IMG/VR virus record: IMGVR_UViG_2663763534_000001
Origin: a virus
Taxonomy: Duplodnaviria; Heunggongvirae; Uroviricota; Caudoviricetes
DNA: 30,585 bases
Direction: 5' to 3' (one strand)
Shown: positions 1-8,428 of the stretch, in pieces
Position numbering within the stretch: the stretch's first letter is position 1
Layout: each line of letters starts with the position of its first letter
Translations under genes and position numbers: made by a program
Notes under the pieces: generated by a model
Told to the model about the DNA's origin: nothing
Databases searched by the model: none
What the model saw: only the letters and a program-made list of their open reading frames with translations

Positions 1-28
1 CGTATAATGGGGAATTATGTGCTGATTT
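1..28. other. Telomere half-site: candidate hairpin end of a linear plasmid-prophage (half of the protelomerase target palindrome)
   Basis: Window begins cgtataatgg..tgtgctgat, which resembles from memory the right half of the N15 telRL palindrome (GCGTATAATGG....TGTGCTGATA). It lies 190 bp upstream of telN. The partner half is not in the window, as expected if the sequence starts at a hairpin apex. Confidence 0.5.
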
Positions 29-157
29 TTAGAACAAAGTCAAGGAACAAATTTTAACGTTCCGATATTGTGTTTTTGTTTATTATCCGTCATTATGTTC
101 TGTTAGTTTGTGGCTAAGTTAACGCGTTATTAGTTATCTTATTCTCAAATTGTGTTA

Positions 158-180
158 CGATAATCAGAGCTGATAATCAG
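158..180 (+). promoter_or_regulatory. Direct repeats GATAATCAG x2 (158..167, 171..180) just upstream of the telN RBS; candidate tos-type flanking repeat or operator
   Basis: Two 9-10 bp direct repeats 13 bp apart, ending 10 nt before the telN start. gctgat also occurs in the telomere half-site. Confidence 0.3.
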
Positions 181-190
181 GAGAGGAAAG

Positions 191-2104
191 ATGAGCAAAG
201 TAAAAATCGGTGAATTAATAAACTCACTTGTTAGCGATGTTGAGTCAATAGATAACTCTGACCGTCCTCAAGGGGAAAAAACAAAAAAAATAAAGGCTGT
301 TGCATTAAAATTTAAAAATGCATTATTTAATGATAAGCGAAAGTTTAGGGGGAAAGGATTAGAAAAAAGAATTACAGCCAACACATTCAATGCCTATATG
401 AGCAGGGCCAGAAAACGGTTTGATGATAAACTTCATCATAGCTTTGAAAAAAATATACATCGCCTATCTGAAAAGTATCCTTTATATAATGAGGAGCTAT
501 TGTCATGGCTTTCTCTACCTGCTGCCGATATTCGCCAGAGAATGTCAGCTTTACAGGCAAAATTAAAATTAATTCTCCCTTTATCAGAAGATTTATCTAA
601 TATCAGAATTGGTGATAACAAAAGTCATAATAAGTTATTAAAATTATCAAATAAATATAAAGAGTGGCAATTCGCCATATCTGATTTAACTAGCGATAAC
701 TGGAAAGATAAGCGCGATTATTTATATAAATTACTACAGCAAGGATCTGCCTTACTTGAAGAGTTGAATCAGCTAAAAGTTAACCATGAGATTCTCTATC
801 ATCTTCAACTAAGCCCTGCCGAACGCGCATCTATCCAGCAACGATGGGCGGACGTTCTGCACAATAAGAAACGTAACGTGGTGGTCATTGATTACCCTAA
901 ATATATGCAAGCTATTTACGATATTATAAATAGCCCTGCTACATTAAATAATCTAAACACTCGTTCAGGTATGGCTCCTTTGGCATTTGCACTTGCTGCA
1001 TTGTCAGGAAGACGAATGATTGAGATTATGTATCAAGGTACATTTACTGTTTCTGGTAAGTATACCGTTGATTTTTTAGGCCAAGCAAAAAAAAGAACTT
1101 CTGATGATATAACCAGAAAAATATATACATTATGCGAAGCAAAAACATTTGTTTATTTAATAAATGTACTTCGCTCATGCCCAGCAGCATCTGATTTTGA
1201 TGATGTCGTTAAAGGTTATGGAGATAACGACACACGCTCTGAAAACGGACGGATTAATGCCATATTAGCAAAGGCTTTTAACCCGTGGGTCAAATCATTT
1301 TTCAAAGATGACCGCCGTGTTTATAAAGATAGTCGTGCTATTTATGCCCGTATTGCGTATGAAATGTTTTTCCGCGTAGATCCTCGTTGGAAAAACGTAG
1401 ATGAGGATGTTTTCTTTATGGAAATTTTAGGCCATGACGATGAAAACACTCAATTACACTATAAGCAATTCAAGCTGGCCAACTTCTCAAAGACATGGAG
1501 GCCAAATACTGGAAACGAAAATACCAGGCTGGAAGCATTGCAGCAGCTTGATGACGAAATGCCAGGATTCGCCAGAGGAGATGCCGGGGTTCGTCTGCAT
1601 AACACAGTTAAGCAGCTGGTAGAGCATGACCCCTCTATAAAAATCACGAACAGCACTCTAAGAGCATTCAAATTTAGCCCTACAATGATTAGTCGATACC
1701 TGGAATTTGCTGCTGATGCTCTGGGGCAATTTGTTGGCGAAAATGGACAATGGCAGCTGAAAATAGATTCTCCAGAAATCGTTATGCCTGACGAAGAAGA
1801 GCTGGAAGCAATACCTGAACAGACGGATGAATTATCAGAGGATGACGATCTGGATGACGACGAAATTGAGATAGAGGAAGAGGAAGAGGAAGAGGAAGAG
1901 GAAGAGGAAGAGAGCGTAGAAGAACAGCAACCGCCCGCGCCTTCTTCACCTGTATCTAAGCCGGTATTTAAGCCTGTGAGAAATATTGGTGATGGCTCAT
2001 ACGTTGTTGAGTTTCATTATAATGGCCAGAATTATGCTTGGTCCGGCAGTGCAAACAGCCCTATATCAGCAATGCAGTTAGCATGGCTGACATATTTCGG
2101 ATAA
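191..2104 (+). CDS. telN: Protelomerase (telomere resolvase), TelN/TelK family
   Basis: 637-aa ORF with RBS aggagagg. Sequence is recognisably TelN-like along its length (MSKVKIGELIN..., RMIEIMYQG, ILGHDDENTQLHYKQFKLANF) with an acidic C-terminal linker. It sits next to the telomere half-site. Confidence 0.85.
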   Translation: MSKVKIGELINSLVSDVESIDNSDRPQGEKTKKIKAVALKFKNALFNDKRKFRGKGLEKRITANTFNAYMSRARKRFDDKLHHSFEKNIHRLSEKYPLYNEELLSWLSLPAADIRQRMSALQAKLKLILPLSEDLSNIRIGDNKSHNKLLKLSNKYKEWQFAISDLTSDNWKDKRDYLYKLLQQGSALLEELNQLKVNHEILYHLQLSPAERASIQQRWADVLHNKKRNVVVIDYPKYMQAIYDIINSPATLNNLNTRSGMAPLAFALAALSGRRMIEIMYQGTFTVSGKYTVDFLGQAKKRTSDDITRKIYTLCEAKTFVYLINVLRSCPAASDFDDVVKGYGDNDTRSENGRINAILAKAFNPWVKSFFKDDRRVYKDSRAIYARIAYEMFFRVDPRWKNVDEDVFFMEILGHDDENTQLHYKQFKLANFSKTWRPNTGNENTRLEALQQLDDEMPGFARGDAGVRLHNTVKQLVEHDPSIKITNSTLRAFKFSPTMISRYLEFAADALGQFVGENGQWQLKIDSPEIVMPDEEELEAIPEQTDELSEDDDLDDDEIEIEEEEEEEEEEEEESVEEQQPPAPSSPVSKPVFKPVRNIGDGSYVVEFHYNGQNYAWSGSANSPISAMQLAWLTYFG

Positions 2105-2115
2105 AGCATACGGTA

Positions 2116-2139
2116 AAGGCACCGAATTATCGGTGCCTT
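2116..2139. terminator. Hairpin between convergent telN and the minus-strand small-ORF operon; candidate bidirectional terminator
   Basis: 9-bp perfect stem aaggcaccg/cggtgcctt with 6-nt loop, directly after the telN stop. Confidence 0.45.
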
Positions 2140-2149
2140 GTTGTGTGGT

Positions 2150-2314
2150 CTACCTCGCCTGCCCCTTTTCGTCCTCATCCAACTTTCTGATGGCCGTAGA
2201 ATCAATACCCGCCGCCATACACACATCAGATGCAACAAACCACGGTTCGCCGTTAATCATCACTACACGAACCTGATGCTCTTCCTGAAAGGAAAAGACT
2301 GCTAACGCGCTCAT
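2150..2314 (-). CDS. Short Bro-N/antirepressor N-terminal-domain fragment (54 aa), possibly a truncated ant-like gene
   Basis: Strong RBS aggagg 5 nt before the ATG, and an ATGA overlap with the upstream ORF. Translation MSALAVFSFQEEHQVRVVMINGEPWFVASDVCMAAGIDS... matches the Bro-N hallmark (F.F....VR....GEPWFVA.DV) but stops after ~54 aa. Not in the ORF track (under 60 aa). Confidence 0.45.
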   Translation of the reverse strand: MSALAVFSFQEEHQVRVVMINGEPWFVASDVCMAAGIDSTAIRKLDEDEKGQAR

Positions 2315-2544
2315 TCAGCCTCCTTATCGTGCAGCAATTGCGACGAGAGCGATGCTGAATAACCCTGTGCTTCGTGTGTTAGCTCACACGCAATTTGAAG
2401 GAGTTTCCCTGCTTCTGAGAGATAAATCGACGCCTCACAACTGGAGATTGTCCGATGGGCTGATGATACGAGCGCATAGACCTGAGCCAGACGTTCATCC
2501 AACGATTCCAGCAGGCCAACAGTGTTCATTTTTACCTGATTCAT
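2311..2544 (-). CDS. Hypothetical small protein (77 aa)
   Basis: ORF with RBS gaggtgg. ATGA-coupled both to the upstream 54-aa ORF and to the downstream Bro-N fragment ORF. Confidence 0.4.
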   Translation of the reverse strand: MNQVKMNTVGLLESLDERLAQVYALVSSAHRTISSCEASIYLSEAGKLLQIACELTHEAQGYSASLSSQLLHDKEAE

Positions 2545-2705
2545 GCAGCCACCTCGCGCACCGGAATACGGGCAGACAATACCAGGACAAACCGGCTGGC
2601 GAACTGGCGACGAGCTTCCCGTTCAGATGACGCGATGGTGGAAAGATGATGGATGTGTGACTTTTTGTCTGTGCGAACGATTGCCGCAAATTTGAATTTG
2701 AACAT
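2541..2705 (-). CDS. Hypothetical small basic protein (54 aa), first gene of a three-ORF coupled mini-operon
   Basis: ATG at 2705 preceded by ggagtg. Reads MFKFKFAAIVRTDKK... and its stop overlaps the next ATG (ATGA). Not in the ORF track. Confidence 0.35.
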   Translation of the reverse strand: MFKFKFAAIVRTDKKSHIHHLSTIASSEREARRQFASRFVLVLSARIPVREVAA

Positions 2706-2866
2706 GGTATGCACTCCGTTTAATTGGTCGTGCTACCACCAGAGTTCCTACGCTCTATATGGCGGTAGCCCAGACGGGGGTAGGAATACCGGTAAACGAA
2801 GAAACCGGCCAGCTAAAAGCTGCCCCATCTGAGCCACCATAAATTTGGTGTACGCAGATTTTACAC

Positions 2867-2891
2867 ACAAAAAAACACGCTGGCGCGTGTT
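2867..2891 (-). terminator. Rho-independent terminator (minus strand)
   Basis: Hairpin aacacgc-tggc-gcgtgtt followed on the minus strand by a run of 7 T (plus-strand A7 at 2869..2875). Confidence 0.5.
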
Positions 2892-3000
2892 GTGCGCTTC
2901 ATTTACTCGGGTTCCTACGCCCGGCTACGGGATTTACCGTAGCGGAGTAAACTTTACCGTCAAAACGACGCGCACGTCAATAATTTGCAAAGACATTTTA

Positions 3001-3020
3001 CCCCGTGACCAGTCACGGGG
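3001..3020. repeat. Palindrome CCCCGTGAC-CA-GTCACGGGG, member of a dispersed GTGAC-N2-GTCAC family
   Basis: Perfect 9-2-9 inverted repeat. The same 12-bp core recurs at 7685..7698 and 12939..12950. A T-run starts 7 nt downstream, so it may also act as a terminator. Confidence 0.5.
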
Positions 3021-3081
3021 ACAGGTGTTTTTATAGTTTGCTTGAACGAGTGATCAGAAGTTGATCGTTAATCAAAGGCCA

Positions 3082-3369
3082 TTATTGATTAAGAGATTGG
3101 AAATACCTAACTAACTTACCGGCATCATCACATTTTTCTTTATCTTCGTCCTTAACATAGCCGCGACAAAAGGCTGAATAAAATTTTGCATTTTCAGAAG
3201 CAAAAGCAGCCGTCGAAAGGAGCAGCTCTTTGCATGACTCTTTTGATGCAGCATCGGGATTATTTTTACATGCAAGGTCCGCTGATGAGTTAATAACAGA
3301 AATGCTATCTTCCTGGGCATAAACCGCAGCAGAAAAGGCAAAACATAAAACAAAAATAAAACTCTTCAC
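3082..3369 (-). CDS. Small secreted cysteine-containing protein with signal peptide (95 aa)
   Basis: Likely GTG start after RBS aggaga. N-terminus MKSFIFVLCFAFSAAVYA-QE is a typical Sec signal with an AxA cleavage site. Mature part is rich in Cys, Asp and Lys. Confidence 0.5.
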   Translation of the reverse strand: MKSFIFVLCFAFSAAVYAQEDSISVINSSADLACKNNPDAASKESCKELLLSTAAFASENAKFYSAFCRGYVKDEDKEKCDDAGKLVRYFQSLNQ

Positions 3370-3396
3370 TTTATCTCCTGTAACAGTCATCACAAT

Positions 3397-3792
3397 TCAA
3401 TCAACTTTTTTAGCATCAGCCATACGATTCAACCAGAAATCAACAATCGGTTGCTCATCTACAGAATGTTTACCAGGTATAACTCGCCAGCTATCTTGCG
3501 AAAATCTGCCGTACTTACGCGGGAATAGGCCTTTCTTTATCTCCCGCCATGTACTAGGAAAACCATCCACAAAAGTACCAATTAACAGGAGAGGGACAAA
3601 AATCAGAGCTACAAACCATCGTGCAAGAAAGTGTTCAACAACAACATTTTCACCGTTGTAGTAATACGCATACGCATCCAATATGCGAATTTTCCTTACC
3701 TTAAAAATAGCCTTATGCTGATAACGACTTAACTTGATACGAATGTATCCCTTATCCAAAGGGGATTCGTATTTGTATGATTGAACAGCCAT
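3397..3792 (-). CDS. Hypothetical membrane protein (about 131 aa, one predicted TM helix)
   Basis: ATG directly after the upstream stop. Hydrophobic segment WFVALIFVPLLLIGTFV. Confidence 0.45.
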   Translation of the reverse strand: MAVQSYKYESPLDKGYIRIKLSRYQHKAIFKVRKIRILDAYAYYYNGENVVVEHFLARWFVALIFVPLLLIGTFVDGFPSTWREIKKGLFPRKYGRFSQDSWRVIPGKHSVDEQPIVDFWLNRMADAKKVD

Positions 3793-3794
3793 TT

Positions 3795-4121
3795 TTAACC
3801 CCACTCACCATCAGCAAACAAAGCGTTATACTCTGACAATGGTAGACGGTTGCCCTCGATGTAGAGATTCAGTTCATACTTCGTCTCCGGGTTTTCCTTG
3901 TCGGCTCGTTCCCAACGCTCAGCAGCCTTACGCGCCAATAATTCCACTGCTTTCAGATAATCCTCCGTACGGAACCAGCCAAAGATAAGGCCACGATCTG
4001 TTACAGCCCAGGCGACCTTTTTTTCTTCCTCCTGGATAGCCCTAATGCGTCGTTCGCATTCATCCCGGCAGAACTGCAGCTGACGGTAATCAAGTTTGTC
4101 CAAAAATGCAGTAGTAGACAT
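3795..4121 (-). CDS. Hypothetical protein (108 aa)
   Basis: ORF with strong RBS ggggag. Tightly packed with its neighbours in the operon downstream of repA. Confidence 0.5.
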   Translation of the reverse strand: MSTTAFLDKLDYRQLQFCRDECERRIRAIQEEEKKVAWAVTDRGLIFGWFRTEDYLKAVELLARKAAERWERADKENPETKYELNLYIEGNRLPLSEYNALFADGEWG

Positions 4122-4125
4122 ATTT

Positions 4126-4317
4126 TTACTCCCCGTTCACCGAAAATTCACGATAGAAACGTTTCCACATACGATAAGTCTGCGCAAATTGTTCACCACG
4201 AAACATCGCCTTCCTGGCCTTCATGTTTTCCTTGTGAGACTTTCGGTCTATGAACCAAAACCATTGCTGGAACACACAAAGCAAGAGACACAAAGATAAT
4301 ATCCACTCATTACCCAT
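4126..4317 (-). CDS. Hypothetical small membrane protein (63 aa)
   Basis: ATG 8 nt inside the repA 3 prime end. Hydrophobic N-terminus LSLCLLLCVFQQWFWF followed by a basic tail. Weak RBS. Confidence 0.3.
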   Translation of the reverse strand: MGNEWILSLCLLLCVFQQWFWFIDRKSHKENMKARKAMFRGEQFAQTYRMWKRFYREFSVNGE

Positions 4318-7300
4318 AGAAAGCGCCCTGCTCTTCGTAGCTGCATGAGCTATTCCCCGTAATGTATTCACGTAACCGCCGCAGCTCATTGCTGGAAAGG
4401 TGATCCATGAACTCTGTGAGGTACAGGGATGCAAACGTCATAGCTATGCTGGCTGATGACCATGATGACATAGTGGCCAACTCCTCACTGGAAAGCGCAC
4501 TCATCGCCCAGGACTCAGGTACAGCCACTGGCAACACGGCCAAAGCCTCAGAAATTACTGAATGAGGGGCGTTTTGAACCTGCTCGTTTGTGGATCGCGT
4601 TTTATCATCCATATATATATTGAGATCCAAATCGCGATCCATTTCGATGGCTGTCTTCTCGGCTTTACGCGTTTTTAGGGTTAGGCCATCTTTCTGACGC
4701 TGAACAAGAATATCCAGCATAAATGCCGCTGATTCAGGCTCAACAAAACGCAAGGTTGGACGCTTATCGCCGTCTCTGCCGCGACGTTTACCTGTTTTAA
4801 GGCCAAGAGAGTCGCAAATGTTTTTAAACAACGCTTCCGGCACTTTAGGCTTCCCTTTTGGCGTCATAAAACCACCAATGTGCAGAACGTTATTCAACAG
4901 GTCACGGCGTTCGGCTGTCATGAGGTTATCTCGAGCGAATTTGAGACGCTCCTGAGTCGCCTCGCCGGTCATAGTCTCAGGGTTGATACCGCAGTCGATA
5001 AAGTACTGCCGGAGAGTTGCTGATTTAAGCGCATAGAAACCGCGCGCCCCGACTTCAACAGTAGGAGTAGCTTTTACCTTGTGATCGATTATTCCAGGGA
5101 ATTTAGTTTTAAAGACATCATCAGCCTGCTCGCGAGTCATCGCGGTCACTACAAAATATTGCCACTGTCCCGCCTGACGGTATGCGTAGGTAAAATTGAT
5201 GGCTGCTTCTTCCCGGTCGTAACGACGAGCTGTTACCTCATCTAAAAGCATTGTTTCATAGCGGCGAACTTTGTCTCGAGCACCATCGAAATAGAATTTC
5301 AGCGTGCCTTCTTCAACCGGTAGTTTCAGTTCGTTTTCAATATCCCAGCGGACAAGTTTTGCCTGTTCTTCAAGCGTCAGCGCGCGTTTTTTTAGCAGTT
5401 CTTCACGCTCTGATTCTTGTGGAGTTTCTGTATTGAGGTGCAGATCCAGTGTCTGTTCCCACACAATATCCCGCGCTTCTTTACGCAGATCTTTACCGAT
5501 ATCATTCGCAGCATAATCGGTGGCCAGCGGTGATACCTTATAACCGTCGCTGTGCATGATGCAGATCATGTTGCTGGCGTAGTCGTTACGCGCAGTCGCT
5601 TCAATTGCGGCTGCTTTAATTTTCATCCTGGTAAAGTCGGTATTGGCCACCCCCATTGATATACGGTCGCCATCGAAAACGACATCCGTAAGTTCACCGT
5701 TCATACCTGCGGTAGCAAGCAATGCCTGGGCGAATGCTCGTTCTATTTTTTGCGGGTCAGTTTCACGTTTTGCACGAGCTTTATCAAAGCCGATAATAAA
5801 TTCTTTTGCTGTACGGTCGCGGCGTAGCATTTGCACTGCGTCGCTGGGTACAACTTCACCACAGAACATGCCGAAATGACGGTCAAAATGTTTTTGCTCA
5901 ATCGACACGCCGGATGAAATAGACGGGCTATAAATCAGGCCGTCGTATTTTTTGACCATCTTTTTCGGTTGATTGGTAAATGCTTCAACTTCTGGCTCTG
6001 GTTTGTTTTTCTGGTTTACACACAGAAATTTCTTACCAGGAAAATGCATTCTCAGGGTGGCTGTCACATCTTCTGCAAAGGTGGAGCTGTCGGTGGCCAA
6101 CATGATTTTTTCGCCATCCGATACAGCTTTCACCACCTCGGTCATGATGCGATCTTTTTCTGTATAAAAAACCCGGATTGGCTCACCTGTTTCGCGGTTG
6201 CGAACATCAACAGGTAATTCAATTACGTGGATCTGCAGCCATGCCGGTAAACCTAGTTCTTCACGGCGTTTCATAGCCAGTTCAGCCAGGTCAACCAGTA
6301 GATCGTTCGCATCAGCATCCACCATGATTGGGTGTTGTTCCGTTCTGGCCAGCGCGTCAATTAGCGTATTGAATACAGCAACCGGGTTTTCCATAGCCCG
6401 ACCGGAAAGAACGGCACGTAGCCCTTGTGTGGCCTCGTCAAAGCCAAAATAGTCGTGCTGGCGCATCAAAGGTTGCCAGCAGTTTTTAACAATCGAGTTT
6501 ATGCAGATGGTCAGTTTACTGGCGTATGGAGCCATTTCCTGATAGCCAGGGTCCTGATAGTGCAGGATATCGGCTTTTACACCTTTTCCTTCTGTCATCA
6601 TTTCCCACAGGCCACCAATAAGGGAGACACGGTGAGCAACAGAGATACCACGTTCTGAGCTATGCATTAACGGTCGTAACAATCCAGTAGATTTGCCGGA
6701 ACCCATACCAGCACGGACGATGACTATCCCCTGTAGTGATTGCACGTACTTCAGGACATCATCGGTCATTACCGAAGTTTCAAAACGCTTATAGGTGATA
6801 TGTTGAGGGCGTTTATTGGGATCAGTTATGCGTTCGCTGAAAGAGCGCGGAGCCTGGGCAATACGGCACTTTTTATTCAGGCGACGGGCAATGTGGTCTT
6901 TTACCGTAGCGCGATAGATATTTTCCAGTCCCATTTCACGCAGAACGATGCAGAACATGTTAAATAAATCTGACGGACTGTTAGGAACCGGACAGGTTAG
7001 CATGCCAATATCCACCGCTCTCAGCAGCTCTTTGGCAAAAGTACGACGGTTATCCCGCTTAATTGTCTTCAGGCGGTTGAGCGTCAGAGATAGCAAATCA
7101 GTACCGGTTTTCAGGCGGTTTGCTGTTGCAAATAGTTGACGTGCTGTTTCACGAAGTCCACGTAGTTTGTGCAGGTCGTTGAAGTCACTGCACTCCATTT
7201 GCGGATCGTCTTCAAAAGTTGGATAGACGCAGCGGACATCGTTGAATTTCGATAAGATTTCATAGCCAGTCCGCAGGCCGGTATTCCCTTTTCCTTCTGT

Positions 7301-8305
7301 GGCAGATTTCCGGTCATTATCCAGTGCGCAGGTGATTTTTGCCGCCGGGTACATGTTTACCAGTTGTTCCACAACATGAACCATGTTGTTAGCGGATACA
7401 GCGACAACCACAGCGTCAAAGCGTTTATCTTTTTTCGTGGCAAGCCAGATGGATGCACCAGTAGCAAAACCTTCTGTAACAGCGATGTTTTGCGCCCCTT
7501 TCAGCTCACCGATAACAAAGCAGGCACCGACGAAATCACCGCTGGTTACTGCGCTGGTCTGGTATTTCCCACCTTGTTTGTCGATTCGCTGCCAACCCAC
7601 AATACGACCATCATAACGACCGTCTAGGTGAGCCAGAGGGATAGCCATATATGTGGTTGGCCCCCGGCTCCATTTCGCACTGTCGTGACTGGTCACGCGA
7701 CGCACATCACATGAACTAAAAACGTCACGAATACCTTTTTTAATCGCATATGGCCATGAGCCGTCTTCAGCCTGAGCATGTTCCCACGCGCTGTGGAATG
7801 CCAGCCATCCCAGCAAACGTTCATGGTCCATTTGGTTGTTTTTCAGGTCATTAATTCGTTTTTGTTCTTCACGGCGACGACGTGCTTCGGCCTGACGTTC
7901 TATTCTTTCCCGTTCTTCTTCTGGTTGTGCGACCACGGTCGCATTATTCCGTTGTTGCTCACGGCGATATTCAGAAAACAGGAAGGAGAAACCGCTCCAT
8001 GAGCCAGCATCGCTGCCTTTATGGACGAAGTTAATGAACGGGTAATCAATCCCTTTGCTGTGTTCCAGCCTGGAGTAAATTTCTACGCGTCCTTTCAGGC
8101 TCTTTTCGAGAGCTTCTGGAGATGTTTTATTGTATGAAGAGTAACGCTCAACCCCCCCGCGAGGGTTGAGTTGGATGTTGTCGGAACAGGCAGGCCAGTT
8201 GATACCAGCCATCTGTGCCAGCTCGGTTAGTTCATCCCGTGCTGCTTCAATTAGCGAGAACGGATCGCTGCCAAAGCGATCCGCATAGAAATCGTTTAAT
8301 GTCAT
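4310..8305 (-). CDS. repA: Multifunctional replication protein RepA (primase plus helicase), N15 RepA-like
   Basis: 1331-aa ORF with a Walker A motif (VRAGMGSGKST). Size and position (between the telN side and cB) match N15 repA. Confidence 0.88.
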   Translation of the reverse strand: MTLNDFYADRFGSDPFSLIEAARDELTELAQMAGINWPACSDNIQLNPRGGVERYSSYNKTSPEALEKSLKGRVEIYSRLEHSKGIDYPFINFVHKGSDAGSWSGFSFLFSEYRREQQRNNATVVAQPEEERERIERQAEARRRREEQKRINDLKNNQMDHERLLGWLAFHSAWEHAQAEDGSWPYAIKKGIRDVFSSCDVRRVTSHDSAKWSRGPTTYMAIPLAHLDGRYDGRIVGWQRIDKQGGKYQTSAVTSGDFVGACFVIGELKGAQNIAVTEGFATGASIWLATKKDKRFDAVVVAVSANNMVHVVEQLVNMYPAAKITCALDNDRKSATEGKGNTGLRTGYEILSKFNDVRCVYPTFEDDPQMECSDFNDLHKLRGLRETARQLFATANRLKTGTDLLSLTLNRLKTIKRDNRRTFAKELLRAVDIGMLTCPVPNSPSDLFNMFCIVLREMGLENIYRATVKDHIARRLNKKCRIAQAPRSFSERITDPNKRPQHITYKRFETSVMTDDVLKYVQSLQGIVIVRAGMGSGKSTGLLRPLMHSSERGISVAHRVSLIGGLWEMMTEGKGVKADILHYQDPGYQEMAPYASKLTICINSIVKNCWQPLMRQHDYFGFDEATQGLRAVLSGRAMENPVAVFNTLIDALARTEQHPIMVDADANDLLVDLAELAMKRREELGLPAWLQIHVIELPVDVRNRETGEPIRVFYTEKDRIMTEVVKAVSDGEKIMLATDSSTFAEDVTATLRMHFPGKKFLCVNQKNKPEPEVEAFTNQPKKMVKKYDGLIYSPSISSGVSIEQKHFDRHFGMFCGEVVPSDAVQMLRRDRTAKEFIIGFDKARAKRETDPQKIERAFAQALLATAGMNGELTDVVFDGDRISMGVANTDFTRMKIKAAAIEATARNDYASNMICIMHSDGYKVSPLATDYAANDIGKDLRKEARDIVWEQTLDLHLNTETPQESEREELLKKRALTLEEQAKLVRWDIENELKLPVEEGTLKFYFDGARDKVRRYETMLLDEVTARRYDREEAAINFTYAYRQAGQWQYFVVTAMTREQADDVFKTKFPGIIDHKVKATPTVEVGARGFYALKSATLRQYFIDCGINPETMTGEATQERLKFARDNLMTAERRDLLNNVLHIGGFMTPKGKPKVPEALFKNICDSLGLKTGKRRGRDGDKRPTLRFVEPESAAFMLDILVQRQKDGLTLKTRKAEKTAIEMDRDLDLNIYMDDKTRSTNEQVQNAPHSVISEALAVLPVAVPESWAMSALSSEELATMSSWSSASIAMTFASLYLTEFMDHLSSNELRRLREYITGNSSCSYEEQGAFYG
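4591..4641. other. Candidate replication origin element inside the 3 prime end of repA
   Basis: 9-bp inverted repeat tggatcgcg / cgcgatcca flanking an AT-rich spacer containing (AT)5, with several GATC sites. N15 ori is reported to lie in the 3 prime part of repA. Confidence 0.3.
7685..7698. repeat. Palindrome CGTGAC-TG-GTCACG (GTGAC-N2-GTCAC family) inside repA
   Basis: Perfect 6-2-6 inverted repeat sharing its core with the sites at 3001 and 12939. Confidence 0.45.
7928..7943. other. sopC-like centromere palindrome TGCGACC-AC-GGTCGCA (copy 1, inside repA)
   Basis: Perfect 7-2-7 palindrome with the same architecture as the F sopC SopB-binding repeat (TGGGACC-AC-GGTCCCA). Five copies in the window. 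Confidence 0.6.
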
Positions 8306-8353
8306 TTTTTAGCCATTCCATGCGAATTATGTTTTTTCGGGTTGAAAAAATCC

Positions 8354-8421
8354 GCAGGAGCAGCCACAATAAACGCATCTTGAATTGACGGAATCCGTCG
8401 CGTTACTGTGGCTGCTTCCTG
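8354..8421 (-). terminator. Long imperfect hairpin followed (minus strand) by a T6 run in the repA leader; candidate attenuator
   Basis: Arms gcaggagcagccacaat / ttactgtggctgcttcctg with a ~32-nt loop. Plus-strand aaaaaa at 8345..8350 gives a U-run after the stem on the repA transcript. Lies ~40 nt upstream of the repA start. Confidence 0.35.
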
Positions 8422-8428
8422 AAAAGGA

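Noticed and set aside
1871-1912. Possible CRISPR-like or tandem-repeat array
   Set aside because: It is a GAGGAA microsatellite inside the telN coding sequence encoding poly-Glu, with no spacers.
191-2104. Tyrosine integrase with an attachment site
   Set aside because: The protein matches protelomerase rather than an integrase, and the adjacent repeat looks like a telomere half-site, not att core repeats. No integrase or att was identified in the window.
2495-2689. 64-aa ORF with TTG start (minus strand)
   Set aside because: No ATG and no RBS. An alternative frame with an ATG at 2705, an RBS and an ATGA coupling explains the region better.
2845-3036. 63-aa plus-strand ORF
   Set aside because: Lies in a hairpin-rich intergenic region containing a minus-strand terminator, with no RBS; likely non-coding.
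4126-4434. 102-aa minus-strand ORF overlapping the repA 3 prime end by ~125 nt
   Set aside because: The long version requires an extensive out-of-frame overlap with repA. Only the short form starting at the internal ATG (4317) was kept, at low confidence.
5251-8002. Plus-strand ORFs of 60-90 aa within repA
   Set aside because: Antisense to the 1331-aa repA ORF, with low-complexity Ser/Ala-rich translations typical of shadow frames.
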